This document shows, piece after piece, positions 52,346-64,000 of a stretch of 64,000 nt of DNA. The notes below the pieces were generated by a model. That model worked only from the letters and a program-made list of their open reading frames with translations. It was not told the origin of the DNA and did no database searches. This DNA comes from Eledone cirrhosa (Eukaryota). Both the position numbers and the translations under genes were made by a program. The stretch covers positions 40,486,001 to 40,550,000 of the forward strand of contig OZ024750.1 in assembly GCA_964016885.1 (NCBI GenBank), given 5' to 3'. Within the stretch, counting starts at the first letter, position 1. Every line of letters begins with the position of its first letter.

Positions 52346-54160
52346 TGTTGTTGTTGTTGTGGTTGTTGTTGTTGTAGCTGTTGTGGTAGTTGTTGTAGTG
52401 GTTGTGTTGGTAGTTGTTGTTGTAGTAGTTGTTGTAGTGGCTGTTATTGTAGCGGTTGTTGTTGTGGTAGTTGTTGTTGTGGTTGTGTTGGTAGTTGTTG
52501 TTGTAGTGGTTGTTGTAGCTGTTGTTGTTGTAGTAGTTGTTGTAGTGGTTGTTGTGGTAGTTGTTGTAGTGGTTGTTGTTGTTGTAGCTGTTGTTGTTGT
52601 TGTAGTTGTTGTAGTTGTTGTTGTGGTAGTTGTTGTAGTGGTTGTTGTTGTTGTAGTTGTAGTAGTAGTTGTTGTAGTTGTCTTTGTGGCTATCACTGAC
52701 GTTGTTATTGTTGTGGAAGTTGTGAATGAATGTCATTGGTGTAACTTGTTAGGGCTTCCATCTGTAGTGGTGGTAGTGGTGGTGGTGGTGGTGGTGGTGG
52801 TGGTGGTGGTGGTGGTGTTGGTGGTGGTGGTGGTGGTGGTGTTGGTGGTAGTGGTGGTGGTGGTGTTGGTGGTGTTGGTGGTGGTGGTGGTGGTGTTGGT
52901 GGTGGTGGTGGTGGTGTTGGTGGTAGTGGTAGTGGTGGTGTTGGTGGTGGTGGTGGTGGTGTTGGTGGTAGTGGTGGTGGTGGTGTTGGTGGTGTTGGTG
53001 GTGGTGGTGGTGGTGGTGTTGGTGGTGGTGGTGTTGGTGGTGTTGGTGGTGGTGGTGTTGGTGGTGGTGGTGGTGGTGTTGGTGGTAGTGGTAGTGGTGG
53101 TGTTGGTGGTGGTGGTGGTGGTGGTGTTGGTGGTGGTGGTGGTGGTGGTGGTGTTGGTGGTGGTGGTGGTGGTGTTGGTAGTGGTGGTGGTGGTGGTGGT
53201 GTTGGTGTTGGTGGTGGTGGTGGTGGTGGTGGTGTTGTTATTGGTGGTAGTGGTAGTAGTAGTGGTGGTAGTAGTGGTGGTGGTGGTGGTGGTGGTGGTG
53301 GTGGTGGTGGTAGTGGTGGTGGTGGTGGTGGTGTTGTTATTGGTGGTAGTGGTAGTAGTAGTGGTGGTAGTAGTGGTGGTGGTGGTGGTGGTGTTGTTAT
53401 TGGTGGTGGTGGTGGTGGTGGTGTTGTTATTGGTGGTAGTGGTAGTAGTAGTGGTGGTGGTAGTAGTGGTGGTGGTGGTGGTGTTGTTGTTGTTATTGGT
53501 GGTAGTGGTGGTGGTGGTAGTTGTGGTGGTGGTGGTGGTGGTGGTGGTGGTGTTGTTATTGGTGGTAGTGGTAGTAGTAGTAGTGGTGGTGGTAGTAGTG
53601 GTGGTGGTGGTGGTGTTGTTGTTATTGGTGGTAGTGGTGGTGGTGGTAGTTGTGGTGGTGGTAGTGTTGGTGGTGGTGGTGGTAATGTTAGTAGTAGTGG
53701 TGGTGGTGGTAGTGTTAGTAGTGGTTGTAGTGGTGGTGGTGGTAGTGGTGGTGGTGGTGGTAGTGTTAGTAGTGGTTGTAGTAGTGGTGGTGGTTGTGGT
53801 AGTGTTAGTGGTGGTTGTAGTAGTGGTTGTGGTGGTGTTAGTATTGGTGGTGGTTGTGGTAGTGTTAGTAGTAGTGGTTGTAGTAGTGGTGGTTGTGGTA
53901 GTGTTGGTTGTAGTAGTAGTGGTGGTGGTGGTGGTAGTATTGGTGGTGGTAGTGTTAATGGTGGTTGTAGTAGTAGTGGTGGTGGTGGTAGTATTGGTGG
54001 TGGTTGTGGTAGTAGTGGTGGTGGTGGTTGTGGTAGGTTTGGTGGTGGTAGTATTGGTTGTGGTAGTGTTGGTGGTGGTAGTATTGGTGGTAGTATTGAA
54101 GGTGGTTGTGGTGGTTGTAGTAGTAGTGGTGGTAGTGTTGGTGGTAGTAGTAGTGGTAGC
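52346..54160. repeat. Trinucleotide low-complexity block (GTT/GTA then GGT/GTG)
   Basis: About 1.8 kb of degenerate triplet repeats. Confidence 0.95.
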
Positions 54161-54478
54161 GGCATCAACAGTCGATCATGTACCCCCACCCCCACCCGAC
54201 GTTCACCACTAACTCTGAGATGACACGGCTCCCACCCTTTCACGACAGGACGGCACAATGACGGCTGAAGTGTACCGTCTCGGACCATCAGTTACTGCGG
54301 TAGATAGGGGTGGGGTGGTAAGGGTGGGGGATATATAAAGGTGGGGTGGGGGGAAAGACGGGAGGGGTGGGTGGAAGGGGAGGGATTGTAGGGTGGGGAC
54401 ATAGACAGCTTTTAGACATTTCCCATTAAGCTGGTTCCGATAATTGTACTCCGCAGGTATTCTATCTCCCACACCATC

Positions 54479-54514
<36 letters not shown>

Positions 54515-54539
54515 TTTTCTCTCTTTTTCTCTTTCTCTT

Positions 54540-54606
<67 letters not shown>

Positions 54607-54844
54607 TGCAAACTTGACTGTCACCACACATTATGAACCTGAAGATTGCGAAAGCATGAAAGTACTTGTTCAATTAACACTTAACAATTAATATTCTATC
54701 ATACTATTTCATTGTAATACCATTATAAATTTTAAAGGATTCTAAATAAAACGAGTAAATCAGACAAAGTTAGAATTCCTTTTATTAATATAATCTTCTA
54801 TACACAATCATACACACCCGTGTATATTTATCTATATATCTATA

Positions 54845-54885
<41 letters not shown>

Positions 54886-54889
<4 letters not shown>

Positions 54890-55365
54890 AAATATCAGGA
54901 GGCTGGGCTGGTGTACTTCCTTGAAAGGTTTATTATACTATGATCATTTCAATGACCGGGCTCGGTATGAATCCGGTGACATCATCAGGTAATTCAAAAT
55001 ATAACAGATAAAATCCATGGTGCTGAAAATCAGAGACAGGAGAGCGACCGGCATTTAGCAGCATCTACCTCTGTCGGCCGCCCTCAAGTGTTGATTATTA
55101 GGTCTACATATGACCGTCTGGTGTCCGCACCATGGATTTTATCTGTTATATTCCTTCGGTATATTTTGAATTACCTGATGATGTCACCGGATTCATAATG
55201 AACCCGGTCATTGAAATGATCATAGTATAATAAACCTTTCAAGGATTTACACCAGTCCAGTCCAGCCTCCTGTTATTTTATAAGAATTAACTCCGTACTC
55301 GCACCACCAACTACACAAACGAGGACGGGTGAGCTGCATTACGTTGAGTGCTCTCCATAATATTA
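54886..55365. mobile_element. Palindromic mini-element with hammerhead core
   Basis: Arms about 54888-55025 and 55128-55280. CTGATGA-tgtcaccgg...ccggtcatt-GAAA-tgatc at 55175-55221. gagtgct motif near 55346. Confidence 0.78.
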
Positions 55366-55556
55366 CATCGAGGTTGACCATACGGAATGACCAGTTCTAT
55401 CCAGTGGTGAACCAACAAACACTTCGTTCGGATCTCGCTGTCGAAACGGCCGGAGCTTAGGCGTCGGGGTCCTGAATCTTTTCATATTACCCATTCTACT
55501 ATCCTAAGTACTGAGTACTCTGGTCCACCAGGGGTATCTTACCACACCCTCTTTGT

Positions 55557-55589
<33 letters not shown>

Positions 55590-56987
55590 AAATAAAATTA
55601 TCGAGAATCGAAACCTCGGCCCACGAAATGACGAAAAACAATCTCCGAAATGTGCGGCAAAGTGCTCAATGGTTCGGATGAACCAGAGCTATAACTAACG
55701 TTTAATACCAAACACACTGAGACGATGTTTAAACAATCATTCGCACAGCCAAAAAATACGATCAAGTAATTCGGGTCAAACAAATAAAAATATACATGAT
55801 TGAAAAATTGAAAAATTTACCCGGACCCCCTGGAAAGGTGGTAAAATCCAGCATTTGGGTTTCTGCGACTCCGAAATCAGGTACCGTCCGCCTACATAAC
55901 ATATATATATATATATATAGCAGCATCTGCCCCTTCCCCCTTTTCTCTCTATATAAAGTACATTACACACAGACACACACACACACACCTTTCTCTTATA
56001 TAGAAATGATTTCTACAGTACTAGAACTAATCAAGGAATCCACCCTTAATACTATCTTTATAAGCCACACAGAGTTCACATTAAGGAGACATTAAAGACG
56101 GTACAGGACGATACAGTGTGGGTGGTGGTGCAAATAAATATAAAAAACAAAACAAACATAAATTCCCCAAATGTGAGGAGACTCCAAGGGTCACTCGTGG
56201 AGAGAAAGCCCACAAAAGCCAGGGTCACCCAGACAGCTAGGGTAAGCTCCCTCTCCCAGTTGTCCTCCTTCAATACTACAGGTACACAATAAGGGTAGGT
56301 CCATTCACGCAGGCCATTCTACTAATAACAATAATTGTTTCTACTTTTGCCACAAGGGCAACAATTTTGGGGCAGGGAAAGTCGACTAAACTGACCCAAG
56401 TGTATTACTGGTACTTTATTTTATCGACCCCCGTAGGGATGAAAGGCAAAGTTAACCTCGACGGGATTTGAACTGAGATTGGAAAGGGCCGTAACTCTAT
56501 GCGTCAAAGCATGGTGTCCGACCCTCTACCGATACTGCCAATCCATGTGTGTGTGTGCGCGTGTGTCCTAGTTCCTACCAATCATATATGCCATATACAT
56601 ATATATGTCTTTACAGGCGTTTGTGTGTGTACATACATACATTATTCTACATATAGGTAACCCTGCACGTTATGGCAGTTAGCAGGGTTTAATATATCCC
56701 TAATCTCAATACCTCTCTTGACATTGGGATTGGCAAGATTGGTAGAGTGTCGGGCAAAATGATTTGTGGCATTTAGTTGCGGTCCTTTACATTATAAGTT
56801 CAAATCCCCTGGAAGTCAAATTTGCCCTTCAGCCATTTAGAGGTCGATAAAATCGACTTTCACCTTCCCTTAAATTACTGACCTTGTGTCCAAATTAGAA
56901 AACCTTATTTAGGGGTGCTGCGTAGATATCACCAAAGCCCTTAATTACTTGAGTCCTGATCGTTGAAATCATCTCAAAATGGTATTT

Positions 56988-57550
56988 TCATGACCTGACA
57001 TTCTGGACAGACTTAATATCACCTGACATTCTGGACAGACTTGATATGACCTGACATTCTGGACAGACTTAATATCACCTGACATTCTGGACAGACTTAA
57101 TATCACCTGACATTTTGGACAGACTTGATATGACTTGACATTTTGGACAGACTTGACATGACCTGACATTCTGGACAGCCTTGACATGACCTGATATTCT
57201 GGACAGACTTGATATGACCTGACATTTTGGACATACTAGATATGACCTGACATTCTGGACAGACTTAATATCACCTGACATTCTGGACAGACTTGACATG
57301 ACCTGACATTTTAGACAGACTTGATATGACCTGACATTCTGGACAAACTTGATATGACCTGACATTCTGGACAGACTTAATATCACCTGACATTCTGGAC
57401 AGACTTGACATGACCTGACATTTTAGACAGACTTGATATGATATGACCTGACATTCTGGACAAACTTGATATGACCTGACATTCTGGACAGACTTAATAT
57501 CACCTGACATTCTGGACAGACTTGGTATGACCTGACATTCTGGACAGACT
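56988..57550. repeat. 28-bp minisatellite
   Basis: gacctgacattctggacagacttgatat, about 20 copies. Confidence 0.93.
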
Positions 57551-58700
57551 GTAACGTTTTGGGTCTTTGCTGTTCATTCGACATTGCTGGAATAACTCAC
57601 CCAAACGCGCAAGGAGAGCCTTTTCTTCTTTCCTTGTTTTCACGATGGCAGTGATGTCGTTTATGAAAGCCCAAGGTGATAACAGCACTAAATGTCCTTT
57701 GATCTTCACTCTTCTCTTCCGATCACCCCCCTCCTCCTCAGTATCATCAACACCATGGCTACCACGAAAAGGAATGAAGAAATTGTATATTTTATCTTGA
57801 TGCCTATTTGCAGTGGTTGTCTGTTGGTCACAAAGTGTTTGATGGTAAATCACGTGACTAACTACTCAAAATATCACAGTAGAAAGTTTGTCACGTGTAC
57901 CGGAAGTAAACAAACTTAATGTTTTGTGTATCAACGCATAGAAGTTGATCCAGAAGAATTTTCTAGACCAAGCTATATAACTTGAAGGAATATTTCTCCT
58001 CCTTGGGTCTGAACAGATCCCCAAATCTTTTGAGAACGTTAAAGACAGTTTATGAGTTTCAAGACACCGAGTTTCAGGGTAGACGTGTCAAAGAATCTAT
58101 TCAGTTCTTGGAATCTCGATATTATTCTTGCCACCTTTCCATAATATATTTTACATTCTACATTAAGGATGGATATTTACTGAAGTTGGTCAATTGATGA
58201 AGTTTTTGTCTCCTTAAGGCCGCCACAGACCATAAAGCAAGCACCTGTCCTGTATCAAGGCTCTTTCATTCCATAGTCGCTACAATATATAATATATATA
58301 TTCTCTCGTCTGCGATTTCACAGAACTTATGTTTACCGAATTCGCAGACCAGACCCCTTCTTCCTCCCGTTAGACCTGTGCGAAATTCCTTCCTTGCTCA
58401 CATTTCAACCAGGTTTGATGGTCTTTATTCTCTCGTTCACGATTTCACCGAATTTAAATTCATAGAAATTTGGGACTTGTCTCCTTCTTCCTCACTTTCT
58501 GTTGTTTCACCATTTTGTTTGTTTACACTCGTGTCCCCTTTATTTACGTGTCCCAACGACTTTTTTTTAGCCGTTGCTCGCACCAACCGGAGGTATATCG
58601 TCTTTAAAGCGATGAAATGCCTGTGATGGTTGGAAGACCACTGATGAAGGACAAACTTTTTTCATATGTAACCCATTTGCAACGCCGCAGCGCCATTATT

Positions 58701-58743
<43 letters not shown>

Positions 58744-59768
58744 CGTTTCTGAATTTGTTTAGCAAGATTCTTTATCTGAAAACGTGTGTTGAAACCGATA
58801 TTGTTATACTTTGGGAGGGTCATGTTGCCAATAAGAAACACACGCACCAGATGCTTTCACTTCAATTTATTATAATAAATTTATAAATTTAGGAATTTAT
58901 AAATTTCCGGTTGGTTGGTTCCACAACCAGATGATTGTTTATATATTGTCAAAGTTCTTTCGTCACACATTCTGTGACCTCTTCAGTGACTGGGATTCTT
59001 TTCTTTGTTTTGTGCCTCTCCTTTGTTCTATCCTACGCTAAGATGGCGTAGGACAGAACATATATATATTGTATATATTGTATATATATATATTGTATAT
59101 ATATATATTGTATATATATATATTGTATATATATATATATATTGTATATATATATATTGTATATATATATATATATATTGTGTATATATATATTGTGTAT
59201 ATATATATATATTGTGTATATATATATATATTGTGTATATATATATTGTGTATATATATATTGTGTATATATATATTGTATATATATATATTGTATATAT
59301 ATATATATTGTATATATATATATTGTATATATATATATTGTATATATATATATTGTATATATATATATTGTTTATATATATATTGTATATATATTTATAT
59401 ATATATATATCATGCATATATATATATATAATTTATTTAATCAATTTAAACGTCCGTATAGAGCTAGTAAGCCGTGACAAACTAGGGGAAGTATCTAGTA
59501 CTTCTTACAGTTGAGAAACAAAAAAAGGATATACAGAGATAAATGAATACAAAATAAAAATAAACATTTAAATATGGTACACACACACATACACACGTAT
59601 ATTATTTATTATATATATCATTTATTTATTATATATATATATATATGTTCTATTTCCTGGTGAAGGACTAACATCCGAAACGACTCTTTTCCTACTATAT
59701 CAAGCATAAAACTAATATATCTTTTCATTGTACTGTGTCATTTGCTTTGTTATATTTCTTTTTCCTTT

Positions 59769-59819
<51 letters not shown>

Positions 59820-60187
59820 TATTCAAAATGTTAACAAATGAAAAATATTCTCATAATCAAAATATATATTGTATTATACATATTTCAAAGGTGTTTAAGT
59901 ACGTTTTCATCAGACAAAATATATGATTTGATATGTGTCATACCGCTACGGTTTTGATTATTCAATTTCAGTATTGCCAATACATATTTTGTCTGATGAA
60001 AACGTACTTAAACACCATAGTACCTTTGGAATATGTATAATAAAATATATATTTTGATTATGAGAATATTTTTCATTTGTTAACATTTTGAATAGTATTA
60101 AAAACTCCAAGAAAATCAACTGAGTGCTTCTAATCTATTGTAATATTGTATTCGTTAAGTAATCAACGAACCATACTAATCTTTTGT

Positions 60188-60291
<104 letters not shown>

Positions 60292-61096
60292 CGATATTCA
60301 CAAATGGAAACTATATTTACAAAACCATATTTATTTAATTATACATATTTCAAGGACACCAAGTTAAATTATGGTGTGCTTTCATCAGATAAAATATAAT
60401 ATAGATCAGTTTTATAAATAAATATTGACATACCCTTAAAGAATACAATCATTGCTATTGGAAGCTCCCGTATAGTGGAGTTGTAGCTTTAATTATATTA
60501 TTAGTATTGGATATTTTTATTTGTTTAAATAAGCCGTTGGGTTACGGAATTTTATGTTTATTTTCTTTTTGGTTCTGAAGATGAGATCATTTCTTAGTTC
60601 AGTTTTATTATCAGCTGTTCTTATCGATTATAAAATCGATAATTTTCATTTTTATGAACTGAATTTTGATATGATTTCTGAAACAATTGTAAACAGATAA
60701 ATATATTTGTCCAATAATTAGGTATTGTATTCTCCAACAACAATTTTTATTGGATTGGCAGTATCGGTAGAGGGTCGGATGCCATGCTTTCCAGCATAGT
60801 TACGTCCCTTTACGATCTGAGTTCAAATCCCGCCGAGGTTGACTTTGCCTTTCATCCTTACGGGGTCGATAAAATAAAGTACCAGTAATGAACTGGGTAA
60901 TTTGCTGGCCTTGTGCCTAAAGTAGAAACAAATATTAATCCTCTGCCTGTACACCTTTAACTTGATATATATTTCTGTCGCTTACTTTCATTGTTCGCTT
61001 GTCTTGCACTTAATACACATTGAGCACACTGTCCTCTTCACTACTGGCCTATAATTCTCACAAACTAATCTCCTATCTCTCCTTCTTGATTGGTTT

Positions 61097-61177
<81 letters not shown>

Positions 61178-61183
<6 letters not shown>

Positions 61184-61374
61184 GATGAGATTCTACAGGA
61201 CTAGAACTGTTTCATTCTTTAGAAATCATCAGGAATTCATCAGAGATTCCTGATGATTTCTAAAGGAAACAGTTCTAGTCCTGTAGAATCTCATCTATAT
61301 TAAAACTTTTATACTCTGCAATGTATTGAGTACCTTACTTACTGTGGTTACCTCCGATTCAACCCAGAATAACG

Positions 61375-61375
<1 letters not shown>
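61178..61375. mobile_element. Short palindromic mini-element with hammerhead core
   Basis: Arms 61178-61237 and 61246-61299. Minus arm reads CTGATGA-tttctaaagaat-GAAA-cagttc. gagtacc motif near 61328. Confidence 0.72.
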
Positions 61376-61410
<35 letters not shown>

Positions 61411-61834
61411 ATAAAGTAATACAAGAATAATAGTAATAATTGTTTCTACTTTTGGCACAAGGCCAGCAATTACCCAGTGTATTACTGGTACTTTATTTTA
61501 TCGACCTCGCAAGGATGAAAGGCAAAGTTAGCCTCGGCGGGATTTGAACTGAGAATGGCAAGGGCCGTAACTCTATGCGTCAAAGCATGGCGTCCGACCC
61601 TCTACCGATTCTGCCAATAATCATCCGCACACATTGCTATGAGATGCACATAAACACATACTTGTATGCGCAAATACACATACACACATATAGAGGCCCG
61701 CATATGCATACACCTGCACCCCCACACATATCCATATATATACATACACACACACATATATATATATACGCACACTTACTCACCCCCACACACACACACA
61801 CTTACTCATACGTGGATATATATATATAAATATA

Positions 61835-61881
<47 letters not shown>

Positions 61882-61931
61882 ACGTGTGTACAAACCAATC
61901 AAGAAGGAGAGATAGGAGATTAGTTTGTGAG

Positions 61932-61980
<49 letters not shown>

Positions 61981-62079
61981 CATACACACGCACGTATGTA
62001 AGGTTGTACATTAAATATATATGTATGCGTTTATGTGTACGCATTTTTATATGCGTATATGTATCAGTCTGTATGTATC

Positions 62080-62112
<33 letters not shown>

Positions 62113-62145
62113 CTGTATTAGTGAGTTTACTTTGTAGAGTTATAT

Positions 62146-62179
<34 letters not shown>

Positions 62180-62492
62180 AACTCTACAACGTAAACTCAC
62201 TAATACATATATATATATCTATATATATATATATATATATAACGAAGGAAATGTGGTAAGGAACCAAGTGGACCATAACGCACCAAAGTACTCAATACTT
62301 AGGGTAGTAGAGTGGGTAATAGGAACGAGTAGGACCCCGACGGCTGAGCTCAAGTCGTTTCGGCGGCTAATTCTGGACTGAATTAGCCGTCGAATCGGCT
62401 TGAGCTCAGCCGTCGGGGTCCTACTCGTTCCTATATATATATATTGTGTGTGTGTGTGTGTGTAAAAGGTAAACAGAAATAACAACACAATC

Positions 62493-62551
<59 letters not shown>

Positions 62552-62903
62552 CTATATCTTTCTACGTTCATTTGTATCTACTTGTTTTTCTTCGTACCTA
62601 CTCACCACCTACCTGGTATTCACCTGTAATATTTCCACTAATTACCGTAGAATCACAAAAGAATCACTCTTTATCACACTATATCATTACTCTACTGGGG
62701 TGACTTAGCGTCGGAATCCTGTAACTAAAGCCCCTCACAATCTCTCACTGTCTTTATCTCCCCCACCCCTGTAGCTACCCGGATCTTTCGTGATAAGTGC
62801 AACTGTTCGTGTCGGTCACTTTACTTACGCTGATATCTGATATTAATCGTTTGCTATAGGTCCAACTGAAAGTCTTGATATCTTATTACACGAGAGAGAG
62901 AGA

Positions 62904-62998
<95 letters not shown>

Positions 62999-63622
62999 AT
63001 CAAAAGATGGTTAAAAGAGTTCCATGTATTTTATTATGCGCATTTCAAAAACAAATATCATCATGCAATAACATTTGTGTTTTCATCAGATAAAATAGAA
63101 AGACATGATATGAAGGTTAAAAAACACTTGTGGATAGTGCAGTTTTAAATCAACATATGAAAAGTAGTTTTAGATTGATGTGTGATATTGGGGAAAACAT
63201 TTTTTTGAGGGGGGGAGGTTGGAAAGAATGAAAAAGAGGAGGAGATGAGAGTAAAAAGTGGAGGGGGAGGAGTATAATGAGGAAGGATGAGATTGGAGGA
63301 GAGATGGGTGATAGAGAGAGAGAGATAGCTTTTATAACTGAGAAAAATATATTGTTTTACATAGAGAGGTTGAAAAACCGTTGGAAGATAACGTATAAGA
63401 TAATCTTATATATTATGTATACTCCAGTCCTACAAATTGTAGAGTGCTTCTTATCCGATATCTGCATTGCTTTATTGTACTACAATAAAACTCACATATA
63501 TATATATATATATAGATACATATATATGTATGTATGTGTATATGTATATATGTGTATATAAACAAGCGAGAGAGAGAGAAAGCATATAGAGAGAACTCAT
63601 ACGCAAATAATAGACATAGAAC

Positions 63623-63653
<31 letters not shown>

Positions 63654-63880
63654 GCGAGTGTGTGTGTGTGTGTGTAGAAAGTAAGATTTTTATATATTCC
63701 ACACAGGTAAAAATATAGGAAAAAGAAGTTTAAAATGCAATTGGGGTCTTTAAGAAGATTAATTAATAACTTTACCGGTTTCACTTAATTTTTGAGAATC
63801 ATACAAACGTGAAACGGGTTAATATGATGTATTAATACATCTTCTTAAAGACTCCAGTTGCATTTTCAATTTATTTTTGC

Positions 63881-63914
<34 letters not shown>

Positions 63915-64000
63915 GTTTAGGTTATTCAGTGGTTTACTGGAGGTGGTACCAATAGTAGCACTCAATGCTAAAGTAGAGTGTATATATTTTGAATAAAATC

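Noticed and set aside
52325-54288. Poly-Val (617 aa), poly-Pro (527 aa), Cys/Gly- and Thr-rich ORFs suggesting extensin, mucin or keratin-associated proteins
   Set aside because: A triplet low-complexity block open in several frames. No signal peptide or domain, and the Thr frame is bounded by stops.

Overview
AT-rich, microsatellite-dense animal genomic DNA. The SINE and repeat complement suggests a coleoid cephalopod (octopus-like); this is an inference. The only host gene I can support is a minus-strand TSPEAR ortholog (signal peptide, laminin-G/TSPN domain, EAR/EPTP repeats). I assembled eight phase-compatible coding exons between 40021 and 4667 (about 605 codons); the gene continues off the left edge. 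Most of the rest is retroelement-derived. It includes an apparently intact Tx1/L1-clade LINE (ORF1+ORF2) stacked with truncated relatives in (TATC)n, an open RLE-type (R4/Dong-like) LINE 3' half, RTE and CRE fragments, a Penelope-like GIY-YIG 3' end, many tRNA-derived SINEs, hAT-type MITEs and minisatellites, several of them amplified from TE internals. The most striking unexplained structure is a diverse set of short, usually palindromic elements embedded in (TA)n or (CA)n tracts. They carry minimal hammerhead ribozyme cores and a shared GAGT(G/A)CT sub-terminal motif, and one family is directly linked to the Penelope endonuclease. Different retroelement families appear to occupy different microsatellite types.
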